From Candidatus Saccharimonadia bacterium (GTDB lineage Bacteria > Patescibacteriota > Saccharimonadia > Saccharimonadales > UBA4665): a DNA stretch of 64,000 nucleotides. Within the stretch, counting starts at the first letter, position 1. The number at the start of each line of letters is the position of its first letter. Location: the NCBI GenBank assembly GCA_035479335.1, contig DATIIU010000002.1:37716-101715 (forward strand), read 5' to 3'. This document shows, in pieces, positions 1-8,797 of the stretch. The notes beneath the pieces are model-generated. The model worked only from the letters and a program-made list of their open reading frames with translations. It did no database searches and was not told the DNA's origin. The translations under genes and the position numbers were made by a program.

Positions 1-103
1 CTTCCGTATTGCGGTCGCAAATAGTAATAACTGCACCCAGCTTATGCCAATAATCAAAAGCCGACTTACCTTCAACGCCAAAACCAACTATTGCAACATT
101 CAT
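1..103 (-). CDS. 5' end of a Mur-ligase-family gene (MurD-like N-terminus), cut by the window edge
   Basis: ATG at 103 with AGGAG about 9 nt upstream. Translation MNVAIVGFGVEGKSAFDYWHKLGAVITICDRNTE is a GxGxxG Rossmann-type N-terminus as in UDP-MurNAc-L-Ala:D-Glu ligases. Only 34 codons are visible. Confidence 0.4.
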   Translation of the reverse strand, partial: MNVAIVGFGVEGKSAFDYWHKLGAVITICDRNTE

Positions 104-223
104 TCAAGTAAGCTCCTGTTTATATACTCTCGTAATGGTACGCTCATCGCCCCTGTTTGCAAGAGATATTTTTGCTAAAAATTGTTACAGAAAAACACCG
201 GCTACATGTTAAGCAGGGTGCTG

Positions 224-598
224 CTAAGAGGCTAGCTCGGCTTTAACCATTTCTGCAACCTGCCGTGGTGTCATCTCGGCTTTAACGATAAAGCGGCGGA
301 CACCTAGTTTTTCCAAGATGTCAGGCGCTTCTTGTTCGCCGACATTGGTAAGTATGATAACTTTTGTGTGTTTGCCCCATGCCGTTGCGCGTAATTTCTT
401 TAGCATCTCATCGCCATTCATTTCCGGCATCATGAGATCTAAAAGAATAATATCGGGCCGCATCTTGCTAGCCAGTTCCAACCCGAGCTTGCCATTGTTT
501 GCTGTTTCAACCTCGTAACCCTCGGTCTCAAACTTAATCCGGTACATCTGTGAGATGGCCTGATCATCTTCGATAATTGCGATCTTTGCCATAACCAT
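224..598 (-). CDS. single-domain response regulator (CheY-like receiver)
   Basis: 124 aa. Acidic pocket IIEDD, phospho-acceptor Asp in IILLDLMMP, ILTN and VKAE motifs. No output domain. Confidence 0.85.
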   Translation of the reverse strand: MVMAKIAIIEDDQAISQMYRIKFETEGYEVETANNGKLGLELASKMRPDIILLDLMMPEMNGDEMLKKLRATAWGKHTKVIILTNVGEQEAPDILEKLGVRRFIVKAEMTPRQVAEMVKAELAS

Positions 599-618
599 AT
601 ACTACGAGGCCTTTCTAT

Positions 619-1026
619 TTAATTCAAATGAGCTGACTTAATATGCAGCACTTCATAAATTATTTCCACAATTTGACTGGGCGTGTGGTGCGCCTTTATC
701 GCATAGCGATCCACGCTTAAAAAGCGAAGCGTCATTGGCGCTTCGCTGCGGCTGATGTTGGTAAGGATAATTACGCGGACATCTGCTCCCCATTCTTCTG
801 CCCGCAGTTGCCGTAGCATCTCATCACCATTCATGCCGGGCATGAGCAGGTCGAGCAGGATCAGGTCGGGCGCAAAAGACCGCACAAGACTAAGGCCTTC
901 AGGGCCATTAGATGCGGTCTGTACGGCGAAGCCGCAGAGTTCGAGCTTTGTTTGGTATAAATTCCGGATGGCAAGCTCGTCCTCGACAACCGCAATTCGT
1001 AGTTGCCGGCTTTTGTTTTGTGCCAT
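619..1026 (-). CDS. single-domain response regulator (CheY-like receiver)
   Basis: 135 aa. VVEDE, LILLDLLMPGMNG, ILTN and IKAH motifs. Tandem with the previous receiver gene. Confidence 0.85.
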   Translation of the reverse strand: MAQNKSRQLRIAVVEDELAIRNLYQTKLELCGFAVQTASNGPEGLSLVRSFAPDLILLDLLMPGMNGDEMLRQLRAEEWGADVRVIILTNISRSEAPMTLRFLSVDRYAIKAHHTPSQIVEIIYEVLHIKSAHLN

Positions 1027-1189
1027 CCATTGGTTTTTATCACACTTATGCCGGATTTCAAATAGCTGGTATGCTTTCTGGTGATACCGGGGCGCGTACT
1101 GTGATATTTGTCACCTAATATGGCATAGTATTGTTTTATACTCATAAATGTACTACAATCCAACCAGATTGCACATTAGTAGCCAAGCA

Positions 1190-1232
1190 CGTAGCTGCCC
1201 TCAAAAAGGGAGTAGCTGCGTGTTTTTTATTT
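1190..1232 (+). terminator. orphan intrinsic terminator-like hairpin plus T6
   Basis: CACGTAGCTGCCCT / AGGGAGTAGCTGCGTG imperfect stem followed by TTTTTTATTT. No plus-strand ORF lies upstream of it. Confidence 0.4.
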
Positions 1233-1343
1233 ACCTTACAGCTTTATCGATGAGTTGATAATTTATATAAAACATGATATAATAAGTAAACTATGCACTA
1301 AGTATAGTCTTGTAAGAATTCTGAACTCCGGATAGAGGTTATC

Positions 1344-2504
1344 ATGTCGACAGTACAACCAGTACTAGAACAACCTAAGCGGTTAAATCGGAACCGCCTT
1401 GACAGCATTTTAAACGTGCCTAATCGGCAAACGCCCTTCATAGTCACCAACCTAAGCGTTGTAGAGGCTAAGGCTACTACGTTCCAAAAATTGCTCCCTA
1501 AAGTGGGCATATACTATGCGATTAAAGCTAATAACGACCCTGGGATTATTAAAACACTAGATAGATACGTAGAAGGGTATGATGTGGCCTCTCTTGGAGA
1601 AGTTAAGCATCTAATTAGCCTAGGGGTTCCGGCGAGTAAAATTGTTTATAGCAATCCTGTTAAAATTCCAGAGCATATAGTTGGAGCTTACGGAGTGGGT
1701 GTGCGGTATTTTGCATTCGATAGCCTAGCGGAGATCGAAAAGCTCGCCAAATACGCACCTGGTTCAAAAGTGTACCTACGGCTTAAGGTATCGGATTATG
1801 GTAGTAAGTTTCCGTTATCGCGCAAGTTTGGCGTTGATGCAACGTATGCTTTGGACTACTGCTCAATAGCCTCTGATTATGGATTACAAGTTGTAGGGGT
1901 AACATTCCATGTTGGGTCACAGTCTGAAAATTCACAAGTATGGAGCGAGGCTATAAAAACGGCCGGTGATGTGATCCAACAACTACGTGAAAAGGGTATT
2001 AATATAGAATTGTTGAATCTAGGTGGTGGTTTTCCGGCAGATTATGGGGATCCAGTGCCTGGCTTAGGCCAGGCTGCACGAGTCATTAAGGCGGCCCTAA
2101 GGGCGCATATTCCCAAAGACATTTGTGTTATAGCAGAGCCAGGACGATACATGGTGGCAAATGCAGGGAGTGTTGTGACGACTGTGATTGGCCGTGAGAA
2201 TCGCAGTGGTGTCGATTGGCTATACCTTGATATGGGTACATTCCAGGGGTTAATTGAACCACTTGAAATGCCAAACCTACGCTACCCAATAGTAACTGAT
2301 AAAAATCCTCGCTGTCGAAAAAGCACCTTTGTGCTTTCCGGTCCAAGCTGTGACGCGTACGACACACTAGGTGCAGATTACATTTTACCCGCTGACTTAA
2401 AGGTTGGTGACAGACTGTACATATGTGCTACCGGTGCGTATTCGCAAGTGTACGCCAGTAGTTTTAATGGATTTGAACCACCCAAGGTGTATCACGTAAA
2501 ATGA
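1344..2504 (+). CDS. type III PLP-dependent decarboxylase (ornithine/lysine/arginine decarboxylase family, ODC-like)
   Basis: 386 aa. PLP-lysine motif YYAIKANN, plus GGGFP, EPGRY and GPSCDAYD motifs typical of the Orn/DAP/Arg decarboxylase fold. Confidence 0.85.
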   Translation: MSTVQPVLEQPKRLNRNRLDSILNVPNRQTPFIVTNLSVVEAKATTFQKLLPKVGIYYAIKANNDPGIIKTLDRYVEGYDVASLGEVKHLISLGVPASKIVYSNPVKIPEHIVGAYGVGVRYFAFDSLAEIEKLAKYAPGSKVYLRLKVSDYGSKFPLSRKFGVDATYALDYCSIASDYGLQVVGVTFHVGSQSENSQVWSEAIKTAGDVIQQLREKGINIELLNLGGGFPADYGDPVPGLGQAARVIKAALRAHIPKDICVIAEPGRYMVANAGSVVTTVIGRENRSGVDWLYLDMGTFQGLIEPLEMPNLRYPIVTDKNPRCRKSTFVLSGPSCDAYDTLGADYILPADLKVGDRLYICATGAYSQVYASSFNGFEPPKVYHVK

Positions 2505-3829
2505 CACAAGAATATTACACACCTCCACAAGAAGAGGTAGTTAAATCTTCAATGGACTTTTATGCTGAAACGGCTACTGGTGCCCGACGCATAGGCATGT
2601 TAAGCTCAGATGCCCTTACCGAGGCATTACATGACTCTCGCACCATTACGGCGATGATTGATGATGGCCGAGAAGTTGTAGTTGCGGTCCCTATTGACTA
2701 TGCTGTGGACGCTGGATATGACGTTGAACGGTGTACGGAGCAGATCTTGCCTTCTGGGCATAGACATGAGACGTTCTTATATTTACCAAATGGTGGACTT
2801 TTTGACCATATGGATAGTCAATCATACGAAGCTCTTGTTGGACGTTTCACAGAACTCCGAGATGGCTACGTTTTTGCTAGTCATGATGAGCGTGATGTTG
2901 TGTCTGCACAGCAAGATCTCGATAGACTACTCCGTGACTCGGGTAAGGTACTTGCTGATGTGCCGCTGCGCGATTCTGGGGCGAAGCCAGAAAACGAACT
3001 TGCAAGCCTGAGTGTATATGCCGCGGATATGCCAAAACCGGAAGAATCCAAGGATTGCCCACTAATATCTTGGGATGATGTCTACATCACGTATATGAGC
3101 CATGTTAAAGATGGAACGTATCCGTACGACACCGAGAACGGTACTGTGCTTATGCGTGGAAGCGAGCTTAGTGACGGGCTAGCCGATGACATGTGGAAGG
3201 TCTATGAAGATCGCTTTCAAGAGCTTGGCGAAAACCACCCTATTAACATGGAAGATGCCAAGGAAGGCTTTATACACTTACTCCGTGGGGCTAATACGCT
3301 ATGCTCTATTCGCTTCCAAGATGGTAAGCCGTTGTGTTTTGCAGATCTTGTGAATGGCACAGAGGAACTCTACTGGCTGAATCAAGAGTTTCTGAAGGAC
3401 CCGGATTTAATTCAGCGTGCGCCAAATCAGCTCGCTGTCTTCTTCCCCGGCATTGTTGCCGGTAAAAAGGGCACTGCTAGCTCAGTCGAAGTCATCAGTT
3501 TGTTAACAAATGCCGCTCTTGATACGGGTGGTGCGATAAAAATACTTTTCGAAAATACCAATAGATCTGAGGGGTATATACCAGATATCGTTCAAGCAGT
3601 GATTAATCATACCGGACGTGTCTCTATAGACAGACCCAAACTGATTGATAAGACATATTATACATGCACGCAATTTTTGCAGAGGACGTACACCCAGGAG
3701 AGGGCTACAGAAGAGCCTACGCCAGTACTTACCGAGACTGGAATGCAGGTAGTAGCTGAGCGACCGCCAAAACGACTGCGTATACGCAGGCTCGCCACAG
3801 TACTAATAGCCGCGTTGCTGACTTCCTAG
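2501..3829 (+). CDS. hypothetical protein, translationally coupled to the decarboxylase, C-terminal TM anchor
   Basis: 442-aa ORF. Its ATG overlaps the upstream stop (ATGA). Backbone-type codon usage. I recognise no motif. Confidence 0.6.
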   Translation: MTQEYYTPPQEEVVKSSMDFYAETATGARRIGMLSSDALTEALHDSRTITAMIDDGREVVVAVPIDYAVDAGYDVERCTEQILPSGHRHETFLYLPNGGLFDHMDSQSYEALVGRFTELRDGYVFASHDERDVVSAQQDLDRLLRDSGKVLADVPLRDSGAKPENELASLSVYAADMPKPEESKDCPLISWDDVYITYMSHVKDGTYPYDTENGTVLMRGSELSDGLADDMWKVYEDRFQELGENHPINMEDAKEGFIHLLRGANTLCSIRFQDGKPLCFADLVNGTEELYWLNQEFLKDPDLIQRAPNQLAVFFPGIVAGKKGTASSVEVISLLTNAALDTGGAIKILFENTNRSEGYIPDIVQAVINHTGRVSIDRPKLIDKTYYTCTQFLQRTYTQERATEEPTPVLTETGMQVVAERPPKRLRIRRLATVLIAALLTS

Positions 3830-4761
3830 TTTTGCAAAGTTAACGCTGGTGTGACATTGTATTTCTTGAGCATGTGGTGTGGGCGCAATTTTAGCTTGAA
3901 GGTGCGTAGTCCAGGTATGCCAAGGTCTTGTTCGAAGTTCATGTACTTAATACCAGCTCTTGCAAGGCTACGGGCCAGCTCATGTGTTAAGTAGAGGGAG
4001 GTGTCACCATATAGATGGTTTGTTTTCAAATGATTTATTGCCACAACATTGTGATGGGGTAATCGTTGGTACAGAATGAAGCCTGCCATCTTACCCTTTA
4101 TGTTAATGCACATGCCTCCATAGTGAAGTTCTTTTGCGAGTTTGAAGGTTCTTTCAATAACCGGGATTTCTTGTGAAGCTGTCTCGTTACCTGAGAAAGC
4201 CTTATCCCAGTGTCGTAACTCGTTCTGTAAAGAGGTAGCGACATCTCTGTTGCTTAGATTGAGTTCATGTATTTCTATAGGTTCAGGTGTGTGACGTTCG
4301 TAGCTGTTGATGTCACGTCTTAAGTTTCGAGCTAATGAGCCGTCAAGCTGAGCTAAAAAGCTTGCGCTCATCACATACTCATCATTCTCGGGGTCTTCGG
4401 TAATTCGTAGCTTATTTGGCTCAACGATCTCTTTAATGGTAAAGTCTGGAACTCCTAGCAACTCTTGTTCCATATTATTTTGGTGCTGAAAATCAAAGAT
4501 ACTTTGTATGGTTTTGTCAACGAAGCTATTACCTAATATATTGAACATGACTCTGTCATCCATATACACGTTAGTGCAGCGTAAAATGATATTGTTATGC
4601 AGCTGTGACAACGATAAGTCATCGCGCTGATTAAGCCAGATCATGAGATTGCCAAAGCTAAAGTCGGCGTAAGGCTTGAAGCGAGCATAGATCTCGCTAT
4701 ACCAGGTATAATCCGCGAGTGAGATTGGTCGAAAGGCTGGGAATGAGGGGAGAGTGTCCAT
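3826..4761 (-). CDS. DUF2156 / lysyl-phosphatidylglycerol-synthase-C-like (GNAT-fold) protein
   Basis: 311 aa. The N-terminal pattern ISLADYTWYSEIY...YADFSFGNLMIWL resembles DUF2156 family members. The assignment is from memory of the family, not a search. Confidence 0.5.
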   Translation of the reverse strand: MDTLPSFPAFRPISLADYTWYSEIYARFKPYADFSFGNLMIWLNQRDDLSLSQLHNNIILRCTNVYMDDRVMFNILGNSFVDKTIQSIFDFQHQNNMEQELLGVPDFTIKEIVEPNKLRITEDPENDEYVMSASFLAQLDGSLARNLRRDINSYERHTPEPIEIHELNLSNRDVATSLQNELRHWDKAFSGNETASQEIPVIERTFKLAKELHYGGMCINIKGKMAGFILYQRLPHHNVVAINHLKTNHLYGDTSLYLTHELARSLARAGIKYMNFEQDLGIPGLRTFKLKLRPHHMLKKYNVTPALTLQN

Positions 4762-4808
4762 TAGTAGTGAATAACTTTAAGCGATAGTATAATTAAGCAT
4801 AACTGGCA

Positions 4809-7037
4809 TTGCCAACTATTAATATGCACATCCTTACTTCGCTTACATATATACCAGTAATTGTTGCAATCGTTATTGTAGCTGCCGCTACCTTTATTTA
4901 TCGAAGTCAAAAATACTTGGCATACTTTTCAGCGCTAGTCTTTATTACTGCACTTTGGTTACTTTGCCAATATATCGCACAGATGTCAATATTAAATGAT
5001 AGGGCGCTATGGACTATTCGTATCAGTAGTGCCTTATCCGGCCTGATCGCATATTTTTTTCTTCTGTTTGCAACGAGCTACACTGGATATCGCCGATGGC
5101 GCACGGTTCGAAACTTCTGTATATTGCCAATATTGGCGTTTGCGCCATTAAACTTTACGAATTTAATGATCCAGCGGGTTGTTACATCGTCCAGCGGTAT
5201 TAGTGTGAAAAGTGCCGGTACCTTATACCTTGTGCAAATTTTAGTGATTTCACTCTATTTTGTGGGTGGAATAGTTGAGTTAGTGCGTTCAACTCTAAAA
5301 GCGCCTCGATACGCGCGAGGCAAAGACTATCTACTAATCTTTGGTGTGGCACAGGCTGTAGTCCTTATTATCATTGCTGCTACCGTTTTTGCCTCGTCTG
5401 ATAAGGCACAGATTATTCTCCCTATCGCTATTTTACTGATGGTTCTCATTGTTGCGTTTGCCGTTATCCGTCATCGACTTTTCGACATTCGTACTGTTGT
5501 TGCGAAGACGCTCATTTATCTGACATCAATACTGTTTCTGGGAATAGTTTATGGTGCGATTTTTCTTGTTGTTGCGGGTGTAATTTTCCATGTCTCAATG
5601 AAATTAGATGTGCAGTTACTGCTAGGTACGGCATCGGCTATTGTTAGTATTTCATTTGCAAGTTTTAAGGATCGGTTCGATCGCCTTACAAGTCGAATAT
5701 TCTTTCAAGACTCATATGATGCTCAAGATCTTTTTGATCAGCTGAATCGTCAGCTTATTGCCACACTAAATCTGGATTTACTACTTCGTGAAGTGTCAAA
5801 AACACTCATCACACATATAAAGGCTCAATTTTGTGTTTTTGAAGTAGATGGTATGAAATACGCAGCGCGTAGAGTAGTGGGGGCGGAAAGTAAATTATCG
5901 GACGAAGATATGGCAGAACTCAAGGCTGCTATTGTGAAGATGGGTAGGCGAGCTGTTTTGGTTAGTGACGTTTTACCGAACAGCCCCATTAAAAGATTAA
6001 TGGATCGTAATGATGTATCAATGGTTTTGCTGCTTAACTCTGCATCAAATAAGCCAAAAGGTGCACTCGGTATGATCATGTTAGGTCCTAAAAAGAGCGG
6101 GAATCCCTATGCCCCTCAAGACATAGCAGTTTTAAGTTCTGTTGCTAATGAGCTAACTATTGCTATTCAGAACTCTCGGAGGTTTGAGGAAATTCAGAGC
6201 TTTAACAAGACTTTGCAGCAAAAGGTTGAACAGGCAACTAATGAGTTGCGCAGGACTAATGATCGGCTTAAGCTCCTAGATGAGACCAAAGACGAATTCA
6301 TCACCATGGCGAGCCACCAGCTGCGGACGCCGCTCACAAGTGTTAAAGGCTACTTAAGCATGGTGCTAGAAGGTGACGCCGGTAAGCTGAACGCTAATCA
6401 GGAAAAGCTGCTGGAACAGTCATATCTAAGCTCGCAGCGCATGGTGTATTTGATATCCGACCTTCTGAATCTGTCACGGCTTAATACTGGTAAATTTGTG
6501 ATCGAGCCGAGTGAAGTAGACTTAAGCGAAGTGGCGCAAGTAGAGGTGGATCAACTGGATGAGACGGCAAAAGCACGTAATCTAAATTTGATCTATGAGC
6601 GCCCAGATTCCTTCCCAAAGCTTATGCTGGATGAGACTAAGATCCATCAGGTGGTTATGAACTTTATAGACAATGCAATCTACTACACACCCAGTGGCGG
6701 CACTGTTACAGTAGCGCTGCGTGAGACACCGGCGGCAGTTGAGTACACAGTGAGAGACACAGGCATTGGTGTGCCAAAGGCAGTGCAACACAAGCTATTC
6801 ACTAAATTCTACCGAGCGGGCAATGCCCAGCAAGCACGTCCAGATGGCACTGGCTTGGGCCTGTTTATGGCTAAGAAAGTGGTAGCAGCGCAGGGCGGAG
6901 CGATCATATTTGAAAGCGAGGAAGGCAAGGGGAGTACCTTTGGTTTCCGGTTTAATAAAGCTGACCATGCTATCTCTGGTGCAGTAGGCAAAACAAACCA
7001 GCCTAAGGACGCGCACAAGCAGCCCTCGCATCATTAA
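4809..7037 (+). CDS. membrane sensor histidine kinase (multi-TM sensor, GAF-like region, HisKA, HATPase_c)
   Basis: 742 aa. About 7 N-terminal TM helices, H-box ASHQLRTPLTSVKGY, N-box NFIDNAIYYT, G-boxes RDTGIGV and GTGLGL. TTG at 4809; an in-frame ATG at 4824 is an alternative start. Confidence 0.9.
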   Translation: MPTINMHILTSLTYIPVIVAIVIVAAATFIYRSQKYLAYFSALVFITALWLLCQYIAQMSILNDRALWTIRISSALSGLIAYFFLLFATSYTGYRRWRTVRNFCILPILAFAPLNFTNLMIQRVVTSSSGISVKSAGTLYLVQILVISLYFVGGIVELVRSTLKAPRYARGKDYLLIFGVAQAVVLIIIAATVFASSDKAQIILPIAILLMVLIVAFAVIRHRLFDIRTVVAKTLIYLTSILFLGIVYGAIFLVVAGVIFHVSMKLDVQLLLGTASAIVSISFASFKDRFDRLTSRIFFQDSYDAQDLFDQLNRQLIATLNLDLLLREVSKTLITHIKAQFCVFEVDGMKYAARRVVGAESKLSDEDMAELKAAIVKMGRRAVLVSDVLPNSPIKRLMDRNDVSMVLLLNSASNKPKGALGMIMLGPKKSGNPYAPQDIAVLSSVANELTIAIQNSRRFEEIQSFNKTLQQKVEQATNELRRTNDRLKLLDETKDEFITMASHQLRTPLTSVKGYLSMVLEGDAGKLNANQEKLLEQSYLSSQRMVYLISDLLNLSRLNTGKFVIEPSEVDLSEVAQVEVDQLDETAKARNLNLIYERPDSFPKLMLDETKIHQVVMNFIDNAIYYTPSGGTVTVALRETPAAVEYTVRDTGIGVPKAVQHKLFTKFYRAGNAQQARPDGTGLGLFMAKKVVAAQGGAIIFESEEGKGSTFGFRFNKADHAISGAVGKTNQPKDAHKQPSHH

Positions 7038-7166
7038 ACTGCTTATGGTATAGCATTGACTTTTTAGCCTCCTTATGGTATATTTATAACATCCTTGTGA
7101 CGGAGCGTAAGAGATAACTCTGTGACTGGTGCGGCAGAAATGCTTTACAGATAGGAATAACAAAAA

Positions 7167-7193
7167 CAACAGATGGAAACGTCTGTTGCTTTT
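7167..7193 (+). terminator. intrinsic terminator of the kinase gene
   Basis: CAACAGA-tggaaacg-TCTGTTG hairpin followed by CTTTT. Confidence 0.6.
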
Positions 7194-7822
7194 ATGTTAA
7201 GACTACTGGGCCCACAGTTCCGCCTTCAGGGGTACTTTGACAAATCAGATCATTACAGTACATAACGCCTATATCTACCAAGATGTAGGTTGTTACGTGT
7301 ATATCAGGGCAGAACAGAGGTAGGGAAGGCTGGCTAGCATTATCCGGCTAGCGCTTGGCGCTAGTATTCCTTGTTTCTGGTCTGCTCTGGTTGAGCGTTT
7401 TTGTGAGGGCTATAACTAGCCATCCAATAGTAGCTCCCGTAGCAGAAAACTGTAACGCTTACTTTTAAATCTATGTGCTAATTAGGTAACTAACTAGAAC
7501 AATTGGTTTTGCAATTTTAGTGTATGGCAAAGCAACTATGTACAAAGATAGGAGTTTTCCTGAATGACTTTAGGAGAGGCAATTGTGCTCAGCTACAAAA
7601 ACAGTAGCCGGGTGCGGTTGCCTTTCCTATCGGCACAATAGGAATTACCTCGCTTTGTGCATTGCAGCCGCATGTACAAACTGAAGGACAAGCAGACAGA
7701 TTCACCAGCACCATCGTGCCGCAACTGTGCAAAAGACATCCGCGTCCTAGCGCAGACTCCCATCCGCCTGCTTCGGGAATCTCCCGAACAGACCGTCCGC
7801 AAGGACAGAGAAGGGTTACGCC

Positions 7823-8728
7823 ATGACCACCATGGACATCCGCGAGGAAGAGCTCCGCGAAGCTCTCGACTACCGCTCAACTGGCGGTGACGCCGGGTTC
7901 ATCGACGCGCTCTACCGTCGCGGCCACAGCGTCGAGACCATCCGGCGCGTGCTCGGCACGGTCAACAGCTACGACTCCGACTACTCGGACGAGGAGCTCA
8001 TCGCCGACCTGTTCGACTCGCACCGCGCCCTGAAGGACCGCGTCGACCGGCATGACATCATGTTCGCCGAAATCTTCCGTCGCCTCGACGACAAGGTCTC
8101 CAAGCGGACGTGGGCCGTCTCCATCATGGGATGGGCCGTGATGACCGTGCTGCTGTTCCTCCTCGACTGGCCCGGCACCAACGCGGCCGCGCACATCATC
8201 CAGGTGGTCTTCGGCTTCGGCGTGTTCTGCTTCGTGATCTACGCGGGTTCGCGCAACACGGAGCGCTCGTCCGACAACCGGAACCGCTGGACCCGTTCCA
8301 GGAACCGCTCCCGCGGCTCTCGCTCCGCTCACCCGGCACCCCGTCCCGCCGCTGTCCGCCCGCCGTCCCGCCCGGGTTCCGACACCGATCGTCCCGACCG
8401 CTCCCGCGGCTCGGCACGCTCGGGCGTCCTCCCTCGCGTCGGCGGCGAGCCCCGTACCTCCCTCGACGATCTCCTGGAAGGGTCTCACGTCGATGAGTAC
8501 CCCGTGGACGACGTCCATGAGGAGATCGAAGCTCGTCGCACCGACCCCAACGTGGGGAACGCCTTCGCCCACCTCGGCCCCGAGTCCGGCGTCGTCGGTT
8601 CCACCCCTGTCGGCTCCGGCCGTCCCGCCGCTGTCCGCCCGCCGTCCCGCCCGGGTTCCGACACCGGTGGCTCCCGTCCCACCCGCAGTCCCGCCGACGA
8701 CGTCTTCTTCAACCAGGACGAGGACTAG
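7823..8728 (+). CDS. high-GC hypothetical membrane protein with Arg/Pro/Ser-rich disordered tail (island A)
   Basis: 301 aa. GC3-rich codons, two central TM helices (WAVSIMGWAVMTVLLFLL, IIQVVFGFGVFCFVIYAG), repeated RPAAVRPPSRPGSDT. GAAGGG lies upstream of the ATG. Confidence 0.6.
   Translation: MTTMDIREEELREALDYRSTGGDAGFIDALYRRGHSVETIRRVLGTVNSYDSDYSDEELIADLFDSHRALKDRVDRHDIMFAEIFRRLDDKVSKRTWAVSIMGWAVMTVLLFLLDWPGTNAAAHIIQVVFGFGVFCFVIYAGSRNTERSSDNRNRWTRSRNRSRGSRSAHPAPRPAAVRPPSRPGSDTDRPDRSRGSARSGVLPRVGGEPRTSLDDLLEGSHVDEYPVDDVHEEIEARRTDPNVGNAFAHLGPESGVVGSTPVGSGRPAAVRPPSRPGSDTGGSRPTRSPADDVFFNQDED
8341..8676 (+). repeat. 47-bp perfect direct repeat (8341-8387 and 8630-8676) inside the island A ORF
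   Basis: CCGTCCCGCCGCTGTCCGCCCGCCGTCCCGCCCGGGTTCCGACACCG occurs twice, 289 bp apart, in the same frame. Confidence 0.9.
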
Positions 8729-8797
8729 TTGGTAGTTCGTACCACCTGACACTTGCGACCAGCGCCGCTGAGTTCGCCCGAACTAAGGAAGACAGTA

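Noticed and set aside
7195-7600. Possible SRP RNA, RNase P RNA or 6S RNA in the long spacer.
   Set aside because: I could not find the conserved SRP domain IV (GGAA tetraloop with AGCA/GNAR loops) or RNase P P4 motifs by eye. I left it as an unexplained spacer.
7877-8752. A 291-aa minus-strand ORF, and many other long ORFs on the opposite strand or in alternative frames of the GC-rich islands: 8110..8496, 9107..9682, 9367..9774, 9625..10146, 20656..21519, 21200..21646, 21643..22227, 34582..35250, 36825..37676, 40291..40737, 63040..63450, 63182..63574, 63279..63614.
   Set aside because: These are typical shadow ORFs of high-GC DNA. They are Arg/Gly/Ala/Pro-rich low-complexity translations with no RBS. 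The partner frame has signal peptides, TM helices or catalytic motifs and GC3-biased codons.
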